Below, one piece after another: positions 45,271-54,755 of a stretch of DNA of 64,000 nt; within the stretch, counting starts at the first letter, position 1, and each line of letters begins with the position of its first letter. Made by a program: the position numbers and the translations under genes. This DNA comes from Escherichia coli (GTDB lineage Bacteria > Pseudomonadota > Gammaproteobacteria > Enterobacterales > Enterobacteriaceae). The notes beneath the pieces were generated by a model. That model was not told where the DNA came from, made no database searches, and saw nothing but the letters and a program-made list of their open reading frames with translations. The stretch lies in NCBI RefSeq assembly GCF_029227855.1, contig NZ_CP074356.1. One strand, written 5' to 3'.

Positions 45271-46532
45271 ATGTCTTTAAACGATTCTAAAATCCGCAAG
45301 TTAAAACCCTCTTCCCGTCTGGTAAAACTCTCCGACTCTCACGGTCTGTATCTGCTCGTCAATCCGGGCGGTTCACGCATCTGGTATCTCAAATATCGTT
45401 TCAACGGAAAAGAATCCAGAGTCAGTCTTGGCGCATACCCGCTTGTCTCACTGGCAGAAGCCAGGCAACAGCGCGACGGTATCCGTAAGTTACTGGCGCA
45501 GAATATCAACCCGGCGCAGCAGCGCATGGCGGAGAAAGCGGCCTGCTCCCCTGAAAAGTGCTTTAAGGCAGTGGCGCTGGCCTGGCACAAAACCAACAAA
45601 AAATGGTCGGCTGATTATGCCGCCCGTATTCTCGCCAGTATGGAAAACCATATCTTCCCGGCGATTGGTCATCTGCCAGTTGCCACTCTTAAAACGCAGG
45701 ATTTACTGCTTTGTTGCGGGTTATCGAGGATAAAGGCTTTCTGGAAGTCGCGTCCCGAACCCGGCAGCAACTCAGCAACATCATGCGCTATGCCGTTCAG
45801 CAGGGGCTTACCGAAAGCAATCCGGCGCAGCATCTGGATGGCGTTGTCGCCTCACCCGTAAAGAATCACTACCCCGCGTTACTGCTGGAGCGGTTGCCCG
45901 AACTGCTTGGCCGCATCGGTGACTATCAGCAGGGCCGGGAGTTAACACGGCTGGCGGTGGTGCTGACGTTGCACCTGTTTATCCGTTCCAGCGAACTGCG
46001 TTTCGCCCGCTGGAGCGAGATCGATTTCAGGCACAAAATCTGGACCATCCCCGCCACCCGCGAGGCAATCGACAAAGTACGGTTTTCGGGGCGTGGCGCA
46101 AAAATACGTACCCCGCATATCGTGCCGCTCTCCCGCCAGGCGATTGCCATTCTGAAACAGATACAGGAGCTTTCCGGCCATCTGGATCTGGTGTTTCCCG
46201 GTGATCATAACCCGTACAAGCCAATGAGTGAAAACACCACCAACCGGGCGCTACGCCTGATGGGGTATGATACGAAAACTGAAATCTGCGGGCATGGACT
46301 CAGGGCGATGGCCTGTAGCGCCCTGGTGGAGTCGGAGCTGTGGTCACGCGATACGGTGGAGCGGCAAATGAGCCACCAGGAGCGTAACAGCGTGCGGGCA
46401 GCCTATGTGCATAAAGCGGAGCATCTGGAGGCCAGAAAGGCCATGATGCAGTGGTGGTCGGATTATCTGGATGTGTGCCGCGAGGGGTATGTTGCGCCGT
46501 ACATTTATGCCCGGCAGCATAAGGCAGCCTGA
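45271..46532 (+). pseudogene. int: P4-type tyrosine integrase, disrupted by a 1-nt frameshift near 45706-45710
   Basis: The N-terminal part (MSLNDSKIRKLKPS...LKTQDLL) is in frame 1. The continuation (LLRVIEDKGFLEVASR...HGLRAM...RAAYVH) is in frame 3. Joining needs one extra base. The catalytic HxxR and Y are present downstream. Confidence 0.85.
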
Positions 46533-46568
46533 ATCAGAAATAACGGAAATCATTAAAAATGTAAAAGC

Positions 46569-46594
46569 AGATCCTGATTGACCGGGATCTGCTT
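46569..46594 (+). terminator. Hairpin after the integrase gene
   Basis: agcagatcc-tgattgacc-gggatctgct. The T tract is weak. Confidence 0.4.
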
Positions 46595-46737
46595 ATTGTA
46601 TTGAGAAGTATTACCATTTTTCTGTTATTATCAATCGGAAAGTATCTAAAAATATTTGGCCCCAAATAATTTTGGTGAAAACCAATCAATAAACCATTTA
46701 TCAATAGGTAAGTACCGGAAATTATTCCAGTAGAATA

Positions 46738-47092
46738 TTTTCAGGCGATTGCCTATTAATAAATACATTATTGATAGATAAGTGCCTTCTGTGATTTGTC
46801 CGCAAATCACAGAAGATGAAAACCTATCAATACGGGATATTTTCACGGAAATACCAATTAATACTCCAGAATATCTCCTGACCATATACTCTGAAACCTG
46901 TAAGAACTGCATCAGATATTGAGAGACCATATAGATATAAGTCTGAAATTATTTTGTTTCCAATGATTTCAGGCGAAAACCTATCAATGCATCTGTTTTC
47001 AATAGGCAGCCACCTTCCGTGATTAACATGTTAATCACGGAAGGTGAAAAGCTATCAATAATCGATATTTTCACGGAATTACCACTTAATAC
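46738..47092. repeat. Two diverged ~127-bp tandem units (46738-46864, 46967-47092; period ~229 bp), each centred on a 30-32-bp palindrome
   Basis: Both units start with tttcaggcga and end with gatattttcacggaaNtaccaNttaatac. Palindrome A is cttctgtgatttgtccgcaaatcacagaag (46786-46815). Palindrome B is the perfect 32-mer ccttccgtgattaacatgttaatcacggaagg (47013-47044). Confidence 0.85.
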
Positions 47093-47688
47093 ATCCCAAA
47101 AAATGCGCCATAAAATACCGGGCAATCTTTCCTGATACACATTATCACTGCACCAGCTATACAGAGACAAAATAATCTGCACCAGCCCCTGTAAATCGGT
47201 TATTTGTGCCAGTGTCCCGCCGCTCTACCTGTTCAGGGTTGTGCCAGTTTCTGGCCCTTTGGTTTTCGGCCCTTTCCGGTCAGGCGCTGTTACCCTTATT
47301 GCCCCTTAACCTTTATGACCCTTTCCCTTTCTGACGCAACCAGTTTATTTTGAAATGCTCCATGACAGTCTGCACCAGACTGTATTTTCACCACAGGATA
47401 ACGATCACAAAGTGCAAAAAAATAACATGAAGCACCGAAGATTGTTAATCTATATGTAGCAGGTAATGATGTCAAAAACTGTCGCAGCATTTTTTATAAA
47501 ATTATGAGACATTCTGTGGGCATATAATATATGTCACAAGATGCAGGAAAACAAAGAGAGAGTTTTCAGATATAATCCTGCGTTAGAATTAATGTGATGC
47601 CCCGGTGAATTTACATTTTAAAATTTCCCTGTCCCGTAATATCGGTAAAAACGATTGAAACACCAACTATTAATCGGGAACGTCTCGA

Positions 47689-47707
47689 GTGATTACAGGG
47701 TAATCAC
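47689..47707. repeat. Third GTGATTA...TAATCAC palindrome
   Basis: gtgattac-agg-gtaatcac shares half-sites with the palindromes at 46786 and 47013. Confidence 0.7.
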
Positions 47708-47869
47708 TATAATATCCCGGCAAACTATATTGGTTAAGCAGGAGAATCTGATCAGTTGATATTTATTCGTCATGCTGTAACGATATTTTCACAATATAAA
47801 CCCGTTCGCCCCCTGCGCCAGATCCGGTACAGAGGGTACGATAAATCGCTGTCGTTACGCAGTAACGTA

Positions 47870-48487
47870 CTATTTTGCGACAATCATGAATTCAGTCATT
47901 CCTCCCTCCAGCGGTAGCCGTACACCTGTTTCACCCAGCGACCGCGACCGTCGCCATGACCCAGATCCGTCGCCGTCAGCGCCAGTGACTCCTTTTCGCT
48001 GAATCCCTGCGCCAGTATCCAGGACTGTCGTATAACGGGGACGCCCGCCTTTGGTGCCAAATACCACTTTTAACCGGGTTTCACCGCGGGAAATGGCTTT
48101 CAGCCACGTTTTCAGCGACTGTGAACTCTGTACCGCCTCCTGCGAACGCAGCCCCATCAGCCGCGCAATCTCCAGCGCTGCTGCCAGCCCTGCGTCCTGA
48201 GTACGGGCTTTCTCCATCACCTGCCTGCGTCCAGCCTGTCTCAGCACGGCCCGCAACGCTGCCATTTCGTTTTGCAACGTTCGTAAACCAATATCCAGCT
48301 CCAGCCGTTCCTCAATGTAGCATTCGATATGGCGAACCTTGATCTGCTCCACCCGCTGGATCTGGATATTCAGCGCCCGTAAATGTTCACTGAACCGTTT
48401 TGTAATATGGATACGGTCATTCACCGTTGTGAAGCTGCCGCCCGCTTTCTTCGCCAGCGCCTTCATTTCACTGCTTAATTTACTCAT
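47870..48487 (-). pseudogene. Degraded integrase/recombinase-like gene (N-terminal domain retained, internal deletion plus frameshift)
   Basis: The 205-aa ORF starts MSKLSSEMKALAKKAGGSFTTVNDRIHITKRF...IKVRHIECYIEERL, which looks like a recombinase N-terminal domain (recalled). After ...GGRPRYTTVLD the sensible continuation (WILAQGFSEKESLALTATDLGHGDGRGRWVKQVYG) lies in another frame (48021 to 47896). Confidence 0.45.
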
Positions 48488-49403
48488 GAATCCCTCTGCA
48501 ACAAAAACAAACAGTCTCCGGCGTGTGCTTTTTGGCTGCGCCAGAACGATACCTTTACGCCGGAGTGGTAGTTTGTTGAGGTTTAGGGAGTTTCAGGCTG
48601 TACGCAGTACAGACTGCCTGCGAAGCAGGAGTGTCTCCGGGGCTTCTTGCCCCCCTCGGTATCGATCTTTTTCTCCTTTACTCTTAGCTGACAGCGGCCC
48701 CAAAGGGCATGTCAGACGGCGGAAATATGGCGCAGGCCAGAACTGGCGCGGCTTGTGGCGGTGAGTTGTGCGGCGTCACTTTGCTTTTTCGCTGGCGCGA
48801 CCAAAGTGACGCCTCGTCTGGTGCAGGGGGTAAACGTTACGTTTCTGGTGCAGGGTGACGGTCACGCGGCAGCAAAGCCTGACGGCAATGCAGGCCGCAG
48901 CCCGTCAATGTAAGGCGCTGGTTGTCAGCAGAAGATAAAACCCGGCAAAGCCAGAGTGTCAGCCCGTAAAGCCGGGTATCTGGTGCAGTGATGGTGTATA
49001 TGTACGTCAGTCTCAGATGCAGGTATTTTTGCATCCCCGGCGTTTTCAGAGATCAACGCCGGTAAAGGATGCCATGCTGGCGAAGCCAGGCGCTTCTTTC
49101 AGACGTGAAGCGACAAAGGGACTGCCCGGAGGCAGTTTGTTGCAGGCGGGAGACTGCGCCATTATTTCTGGTGCAGGAAGGAAAAACTGTTTCCGGGTTT
49201 AAAAGATTGTTTGCTTACCTGGTGACGGAAAAACTGCCGCGCTTCGCTTGTCTTCTCCCGGCGCGCTGCCAGCAAAAGCAGGCAGCGCGCCGGGAGAGTC
49301 TGGTTTTACTGTAACAATGCGCCTGACGGTTCAGCCATCAGGATCGGCGTTTATGCATGAGTCTTCCGGTACGGTTGCCCCGATCATCGATGTATCTGGA
49401 CGG

Positions 49404-49592
49404 TCAGATAATTTCCGGTGATGTTTCCAGCGCATCCGCAATCAGTTTTTCGCCGCGCGGCCTGGAGCGGGTCAGCGCATTTGCCAGCGTGGAAGACGCC
49501 AGCCCGGCCCTGCGGGAAACCTCAGCCAGCGATGTTCCCTTTTTTCTCAGGCCCGCGATAATATCGGCGGGGTGCCAGTCGGGTTGCATCAT
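49404..49592 (-). CDS. Ner/Nlp(SfsB)-family HTH DNA-binding protein, C-terminally truncated by TGG to TGA
   Basis: 62-aa ORF (MMQPDWHPADIIAGLRKKGTSLAEVSRRAGLASSTLANALTRSRPRGEKLIADALETSPEII*). The frame continues PSRYIDD... after the stop, where family members read W-PSRY. Confidence 0.65.
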   Translation of the reverse strand: MMQPDWHPADIIAGLRKKGTSLAEVSRRAGLASSTLANALTRSRPRGEKLIADALETSPEII

Positions 49593-50050
49593 GCTGGCCT
49601 CCCGTCGATAACCTGTATGCCGTCAGCAGTACATATCCAGCGTGGGGCGTTCAGATTGGCGGCAAAATACCAGACCAGTTCGCACAGCAGCCCGGTCAGC
49701 GTGGTTTCGGTTTCCGGCAGCAGCACGTGGCCGTTCAGTATCTGCGTCAGCGCCAGGCAGTAATCGCAGAGTGATCCTGCATCAGGCTCAAAACCGGGTG
49801 AAACATCGGGAAGATCATTCGTAATAAACCCGTCAATCAGATGTGGTGGGATCGGCTCGTTCAGCGTGGGCCGCAACAGTGCAAGACAGGTATTAAGCCT
49901 GCCACAGAGCGCCGTTTTCAGCGCCGGATCGCAGCACTCGATGAGCGTTGTGGCAACGCGATCGCAGTACTCCGCCAGATCGGTGAAATCGGTAGCGGCA
50001 CTAAAGGGAACAGCAAGTAAATTGCATTCAGAGGTGAGAGTAGTCGCCAT
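49589..50050 (-). CDS. Hypothetical 153-aa Cys-rich acidic protein, translationally coupled to the Ner-like gene
   Basis: The ORF (MATTLTSECNLLAVPFSAATDF...) ends in an ATGA overlap with the downstream Ner-like start. No family was recognised and the SD is weak. Confidence 0.45.
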   Translation of the reverse strand: MATTLTSECNLLAVPFSAATDFTDLAEYCDRVATTLIECCDPALKTALCGRLNTCLALLRPTLNEPIPPHLIDGFITNDLPDVSPGFEPDAGSLCDYCLALTQILNGHVLLPETETTLTGLLCELVWYFAANLNAPRWICTADGIQVIDGRPA

Positions 50051-50571
50051 AAGGCCGTCTACAGTGAGTGATAAATATTCCAGCCACTGGAGAGGCTAAT
50101 CTCACGGGTGGTGGAACCGGACGGGGTTAGCCTTACCAGCCTCACTGACACTGGCGCGTCTTTCGACGCCCCCGCCCGATCCCGCCATTGAGATGAGACC
50201 GTGCGCGACACACAAATATTGTATCGTCAGTGAGGATCTTCAGGAGGCTAATCCCGACGCCTGATTTTGCAGGCGCGGCGCAACAATACAATGTTCGGTA
50301 ATTTTCAGCAAGAGGTTTAGCGGAAGCAGACGCACAGGAAAATACAATCACGCGATAAATATTAAATACAATTATATTTATATAAAATATATATTGAGCA
50401 ATATGCAGACACTTTCCAGTAAATATCCTGTCAGTTAATTCGTCCCGTTGATATCAGTCAAAAAAATAAATGTAAAAAGAGCGTATTTCGTTTCATACAG
50501 TAACGTTATTTATCATTTTGTCCGGTGTCGCCAGCATCAGGCCAGATGAACCATAAAAAAGGATATCAGCG

Positions 50572-53500
50572 ATGAGCGGAAAACCGGCAGCACGTCAGGG
50601 CGATGCCACAATGAAAGGTGGCCCGATAGTCCAGGGGTCGGCAGGCGTGAGGATTGGCGCGCCAACCGGCGTGGCCTGTTCAGTGTGCCCCGGCGGATTC
50701 ACTTCCGGTAACCCGGTGAATCCGCTGCTCGGTGCAAAAGTACAGCCCGGCGAAACCGATTTCGCGCTGCCCGGCCCGTTACCGTTCGTGCTCTCCCGCA
50801 CCTACAGCAGCTACCGGACGAAAACCCCTGCGCCCGTCGGTATCTTCGGTCCTGGCTGGAAAGCACCCTTTGATATCCGCTTACAGATACGCGATAACGA
50901 ACTGATACTCAATGATAACGGTGGCAGAAGCATTCATTTTGAGCACCTGTTTCCCGGTGAGGATGGCTTCAGCCGCAGCGAATTATTCTGGCTGGTGCGC
51001 GGCGGCGTGGCGAAACTGAATGAAAGTCACCGTCTTGCCCCACTCTGGCAGGCTCTGCCGGAAGAACTCCGCATGAGTCCGCATATTTATCTGGCGACGA
51101 ACAGTCCGCAGGGGCCGTGGTGGATACTCGGCTGGAGTGAGCGGGTACCGGGTGTGGATGAGGTGCTGCCTGCGCCATTGCCGCCGTACCGGGTGCTGAC
51201 CGGCCTGGTGGACCGCTTCGGGCGTACCCTGACCTTCCGGCGTGAGGCAGTTGGCGAATTTACCGGGGAAATCACCGGCGTGACCGATGGCGCAGGCCGT
51301 CAGTTCCGCCTGGTGCTGACCACGCAGGCGCAGCGGGCGGAAGAGGCCCAGCAGCAGGCGGTTGCAGCCGGAGCAAAACGACCAGATATCCCGGTTTCAT
51401 TGCCGGACTATACAGAATATGGCCGGGATAACGGCATCCGCCTGTCAGCGGTGTGGCTGACGCATGACCCGGAATACCCGGAGAATTTACCTGCCGCGCC
51501 ACTGGTGCGCTACGACTGGACGCCACGCGGTGAACTGGCGGCGGTGTATGACCGCAGCGGTACGCAGATGCGCCACTTTACTTACGATGATAAATACCGG
51601 GGCCGGATGGTGGCGCACCGTTACGCAGGCAGGCCGGAGATGCGTTACCGCTACGACGACATCGGGCGCGTGACGGAACAACGTAATCCGGCGGGTTTAA
51701 GCTACACCTATCAGTATGAGAAAAACCGCATCATCATCACCGACAGCCTGAACCGGTGCGAGGTGCTGCATACAGAAGGCGAAGCCGGGCTGAAACGGGT
51801 GGTGAAAAAAGAGCACGCTGACGACAGCGTCACACAGAGTCAGTTCGATTCCATTGGCCGCCTTCAGTCACAGACGGATGCGGCAGGCCGGACGACAGAA
51901 TACAGTCCGAATGTGGTGACGGGTCTCGTCACACGCATCACCACGCCGGACGGCAGGAAATCGGAATTTTACTATAACAACCAGAACCAGTTAACCTCAG
52001 CATCCGGGCCTGACGGACTGGAAATGCGCAGGAAATATGATGAGTACGGGCGTCTGACGCAGGAAACCGCTCGCAACGGCGATATCACCCGCTACAGTTA
52101 TGATAATCCGCACAGTGAATTACCCTCTGCAACTGAAGATGCGACGGGTAGCCGCAAGCAGATGACGTGGAGCCGTTACGGGCAGTTACTGACTTTCACC
52201 GACTGCTCAGGCTACCAGACCCGTTATGAATACGACCGCTTTGGTCAGATGACGGCGGTCCACCGTGAGGAAGGTGTCAGTCTTTACCGCAGCTATGACA
52301 GCCGTGGTCAGTTAATCTCGGTGAAAGATACGCAGGGCCGTGAAACGCAGTATGAGTACAACGGTGCAGGCGACCTGACCGCCATTATCACGCCAGACGA
52401 CAACAGAAGCGAGACACAGTACGATGCGTGGGGAAAGGCCGTCAGTACCACGCAGGGCGGGCTGACGCGCAGCATGGAATACGACGTTGCCGGACGTGTC
52501 ATCAGCCTGACCAACGAGAACGGCTGTCACAGCGACTTCAGTTACGATGTGCTCGACCGCCTGATACAGCAGAGCGGCTTTGACGGGCGGACGCAACGTT
52601 ACCGTTACGACCTGACCGGGAAACTCACGCAGAACGAGGATGAGGGGCTTGTCACCCTCTGGCACTACGACGAATCGGACCGTATCACACACCGCACGGT
52701 GAACGGCGAACCGGCAGAGCAGTGGCGGTATAACGCCCACGGCTGGCTGAAAGAAATCAGCCACCTGAGCGAAGGTCACCGGGTGGCGGTGCATTACGGC
52801 TATAACCGTAAGGGACGTCTCACCGGCGAGCGCCAGACGGTGCATAACCCGGAGACGGGGGAACTGCTCTGGCTGCATGAGACAAAACACGCCTACAACG
52901 AACAGGGTCTGGCAAACCGCGTCACGCCGGACTGCCTGCCTGCTGTGGAGTGGCTGACCTACGGCAGCGGTTACCTGGCGGGGATGAAGCTGGGCGACAC
53001 GCCGCTGCTGGAGTACGCGCGCGACCGCCTGCACAGAGAAACGGTGCGCAGCTTTGGCAGCATGGCAGGCAGTAATGCCGCATACGAACTGACCAGCACA
53101 TACACCCCCGCAGGCCAGTTACAGAGCCAGCACCTGAACAGCCTGGTGTATGACCGTGACTATGGGTGGAATGACAACGGCGACCTGGTGCGCATCAGCG
53201 GCCCGCGACAGACGCGGGAATACGGCTACAGCGCCACGGGCAGGCTGGCGAGTGTGCGCACCCTCGCACCGGACCTGGACATCCGCATCCCGTATGCCAC
53301 GGACCCGGCGGGCAACCGGCTGCCGGACCCGGAGCTGCACCCGGACAGTACACTCACAGTGTGGCCGGATAACCGCATCGCGGAGGATGCGCACTATGTC
53401 TACCGCCACGATGAATACGGCAGGCTGACGGAGAAGACGGACCGCATCCCGGCGGGTGTGATACGGACGGACGACGAGCGGACCCACCACTACCACTACG

Positions 53501-54753
53501 ACAGCCAGCACCGCCTGGTGTTCTACACGCGGATACAGCATGGAGAGCCACTGGTCGAGAGCCGCTACCTCTACGACCCGCTGGGACGGCGAATGGCGAA
53601 AAGGGTATGGCGGCGGGAGCGTGACCTGACGGGGTGGATGTCGCTGTCGCGTAAACCGGAGGAGACATGGTACGGGTGGGACGGCGACAGGCTGACGACG
53701 GTGCAGACTGACACCACGCGTATCCAGACGGTGTACCAGCCGGGAAGCTTCACGCCGCTCATCAGAATCGAAACAGACGTGACCGAACTGGAGAAAGCGC
53801 AGCGGCGAAGCCTGGCGGAGAAGTTACAGCAGGAAGGGAGTAAAGATGGTCACGGCGTGGTGTTCCCGCCTGAACTGGTGCGGCTGCTGGACAGGCTGGA
53901 GGGGGAAATCCGGGCAGACCGTGTGAGTGACGAAAGCCGGGCGTGGCTTGCGCAGTGCGGGCTGACGGTGGAGCGGCTGGCGGCACAGATCGAGCCAGTT
54001 TATTTGCCTGAGCGAAAAATACATCTTTATCACTGCGACCACCGGGGACTGCCGCTGGCGCTTATCAGTACTGAAGGTGCAACGGAATGGCGTGGGGAGT
54101 ATGACGAGTGGGGGAATCAGCTTAATGAGGAGAACCCGCATCATCTGTTCCAGCCATACCGCCTGCCGGGGTAGCAGTACGATGATGAATCGGGGCTGTG
54201 CTATAATCGTTATCGTTACTACGAGCCGTTACAAGGGAGGTATATTACACAGGACCCGATTGGGTTAAATGGGGGGTGGAATTTATATAAATATCCGCTG
54301 AATCCAATAAATTATGCAGATCCTCTTGGCTTAGCCGTAGATATAAACCACTTCCCAGTCAACGAAGACATACGAAATTATGCAGAGAAAGTTTGGAATA
54401 ATCCTAATATCATTACAATTGGAACACATGGTGATCCTCAATCAGTATATGATGAAAATTATAATAAGATAGATGTCAAGACATTAGCTAATGAGGTTCG
54501 AAATCATCCTAAATTTAAACCTGGAATGTCAGTAAGACTGTTATCCTGTAATACAGGAAAAGGAAATAACTCTTTTGCACAGCAATTGGCAGATGAACTA
54601 GGTGTGAGAGTCTATGCTCCTGACCAATATGACTGGTACTATTCAAATGGTAAGGTAGAGCCTTGGGGAGGATTCTATGATGCAAACAATCAATTGCAAA
54701 TGGACACGAATCAGCCTGGACATGAGTTTACATTCAAGCGAAGGAAACCATAG
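50572..54753 (+). pseudogene. rhs: PAAR-Rhs polymorphic toxin interrupted by a single in-frame amber codon (TAG 54172-54174)
   Basis: The N terminus is a PAAR-like domain ([11 protein letters not shown]...[10 protein letters not shown]), followed by many YD repeats. After ...PYRLPG* the same frame continues [31 protein letters not shown]...YADPLGL (DPxGL at 54319-54333) and a 139-aa AT-rich tip ending at 54753. Confidence 0.9.
54334..54750 (+). other. Rhs C-terminal variable (toxin) domain, family not recognised
   Basis: 139 codons follow DPLGL and composition switches abruptly to AT-rich. The string ...[10 protein letters not shown]... is followed 40 residues later by ...[11 protein letters not shown]... 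(His codon 54427, Cys codon 54547). Confidence 0.6.
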
Positions 54754-54755
54754 GT

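Larger units (their letters stand above)
47144..49176. repeat. Cluster of seven perfect CTGGTGCAG 9-mers in two opposed groups
   Basis: The motif reads CTGCACCAG on the plus strand at 47148, 47177 and 47370. It reads CTGGTGCAG at 48818, 48845, 48980 and 49168. A 13-bp inverted pair atcactgcaccag (47144-56) / ctggtgcagtgat (48980-92) brackets the recombinase remnant. Confidence 0.85.

Noticed and set aside
46788-46813. TGTGA...TCACA in palindrome A as a CRP binding site
   Set aside because: The half-sites are separated by 12 nt rather than the 6 nt of the CRP consensus TGTGA-N6-TCACA.
46646-47182. Two minus-strand ORFs (94 aa and 77 aa) that look paralogous (..SVKISRIDRFSSSVICGQITEG.. versus ..SVKISIIDSFSPSVINMLITEG..)
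   Set aside because: The similarity is explained by the underlying tandem DNA repeat. Each ORF reads straight through a 30-32-bp palindrome. They have no SD and an Ile/Tyr/Phe-rich composition from AT-rich DNA. They are kept only as a low-probability alternative to the non-coding interpretation.
46738-47707. Possible CRISPR array, given repeats containing palindromes
   Set aside because: There are only two diverged long units plus one isolated palindrome. The spacing is irregular, there is no short regular repeat-spacer periodicity, and there are no cas genes.
50142-50351. 69-aa minus-strand ORF in the rhs / Ner-operon intergenic region
   Set aside because: It has no ribosome-binding site, is Cys/Arg-rich, and lies in a probable promoter region.
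50595-54144. Numerous 60-240-aa ORFs on both strands within rhs (for example 52312-53034 and 53119-53541)
   Set aside because: The GC-rich YD-repeat DNA keeps off-frames open. All are nested in the Rhs reading frame, which has unmistakable family similarity.
54172-54174. Programmed stop-codon readthrough or recoding in rhs
   Set aside because: No stimulatory context, such as a downstream structure or a known readthrough motif, is evident. A simple nonsense mutation or sequencing error is more parsimonious. It is retained only as a testable possibility in the findings.
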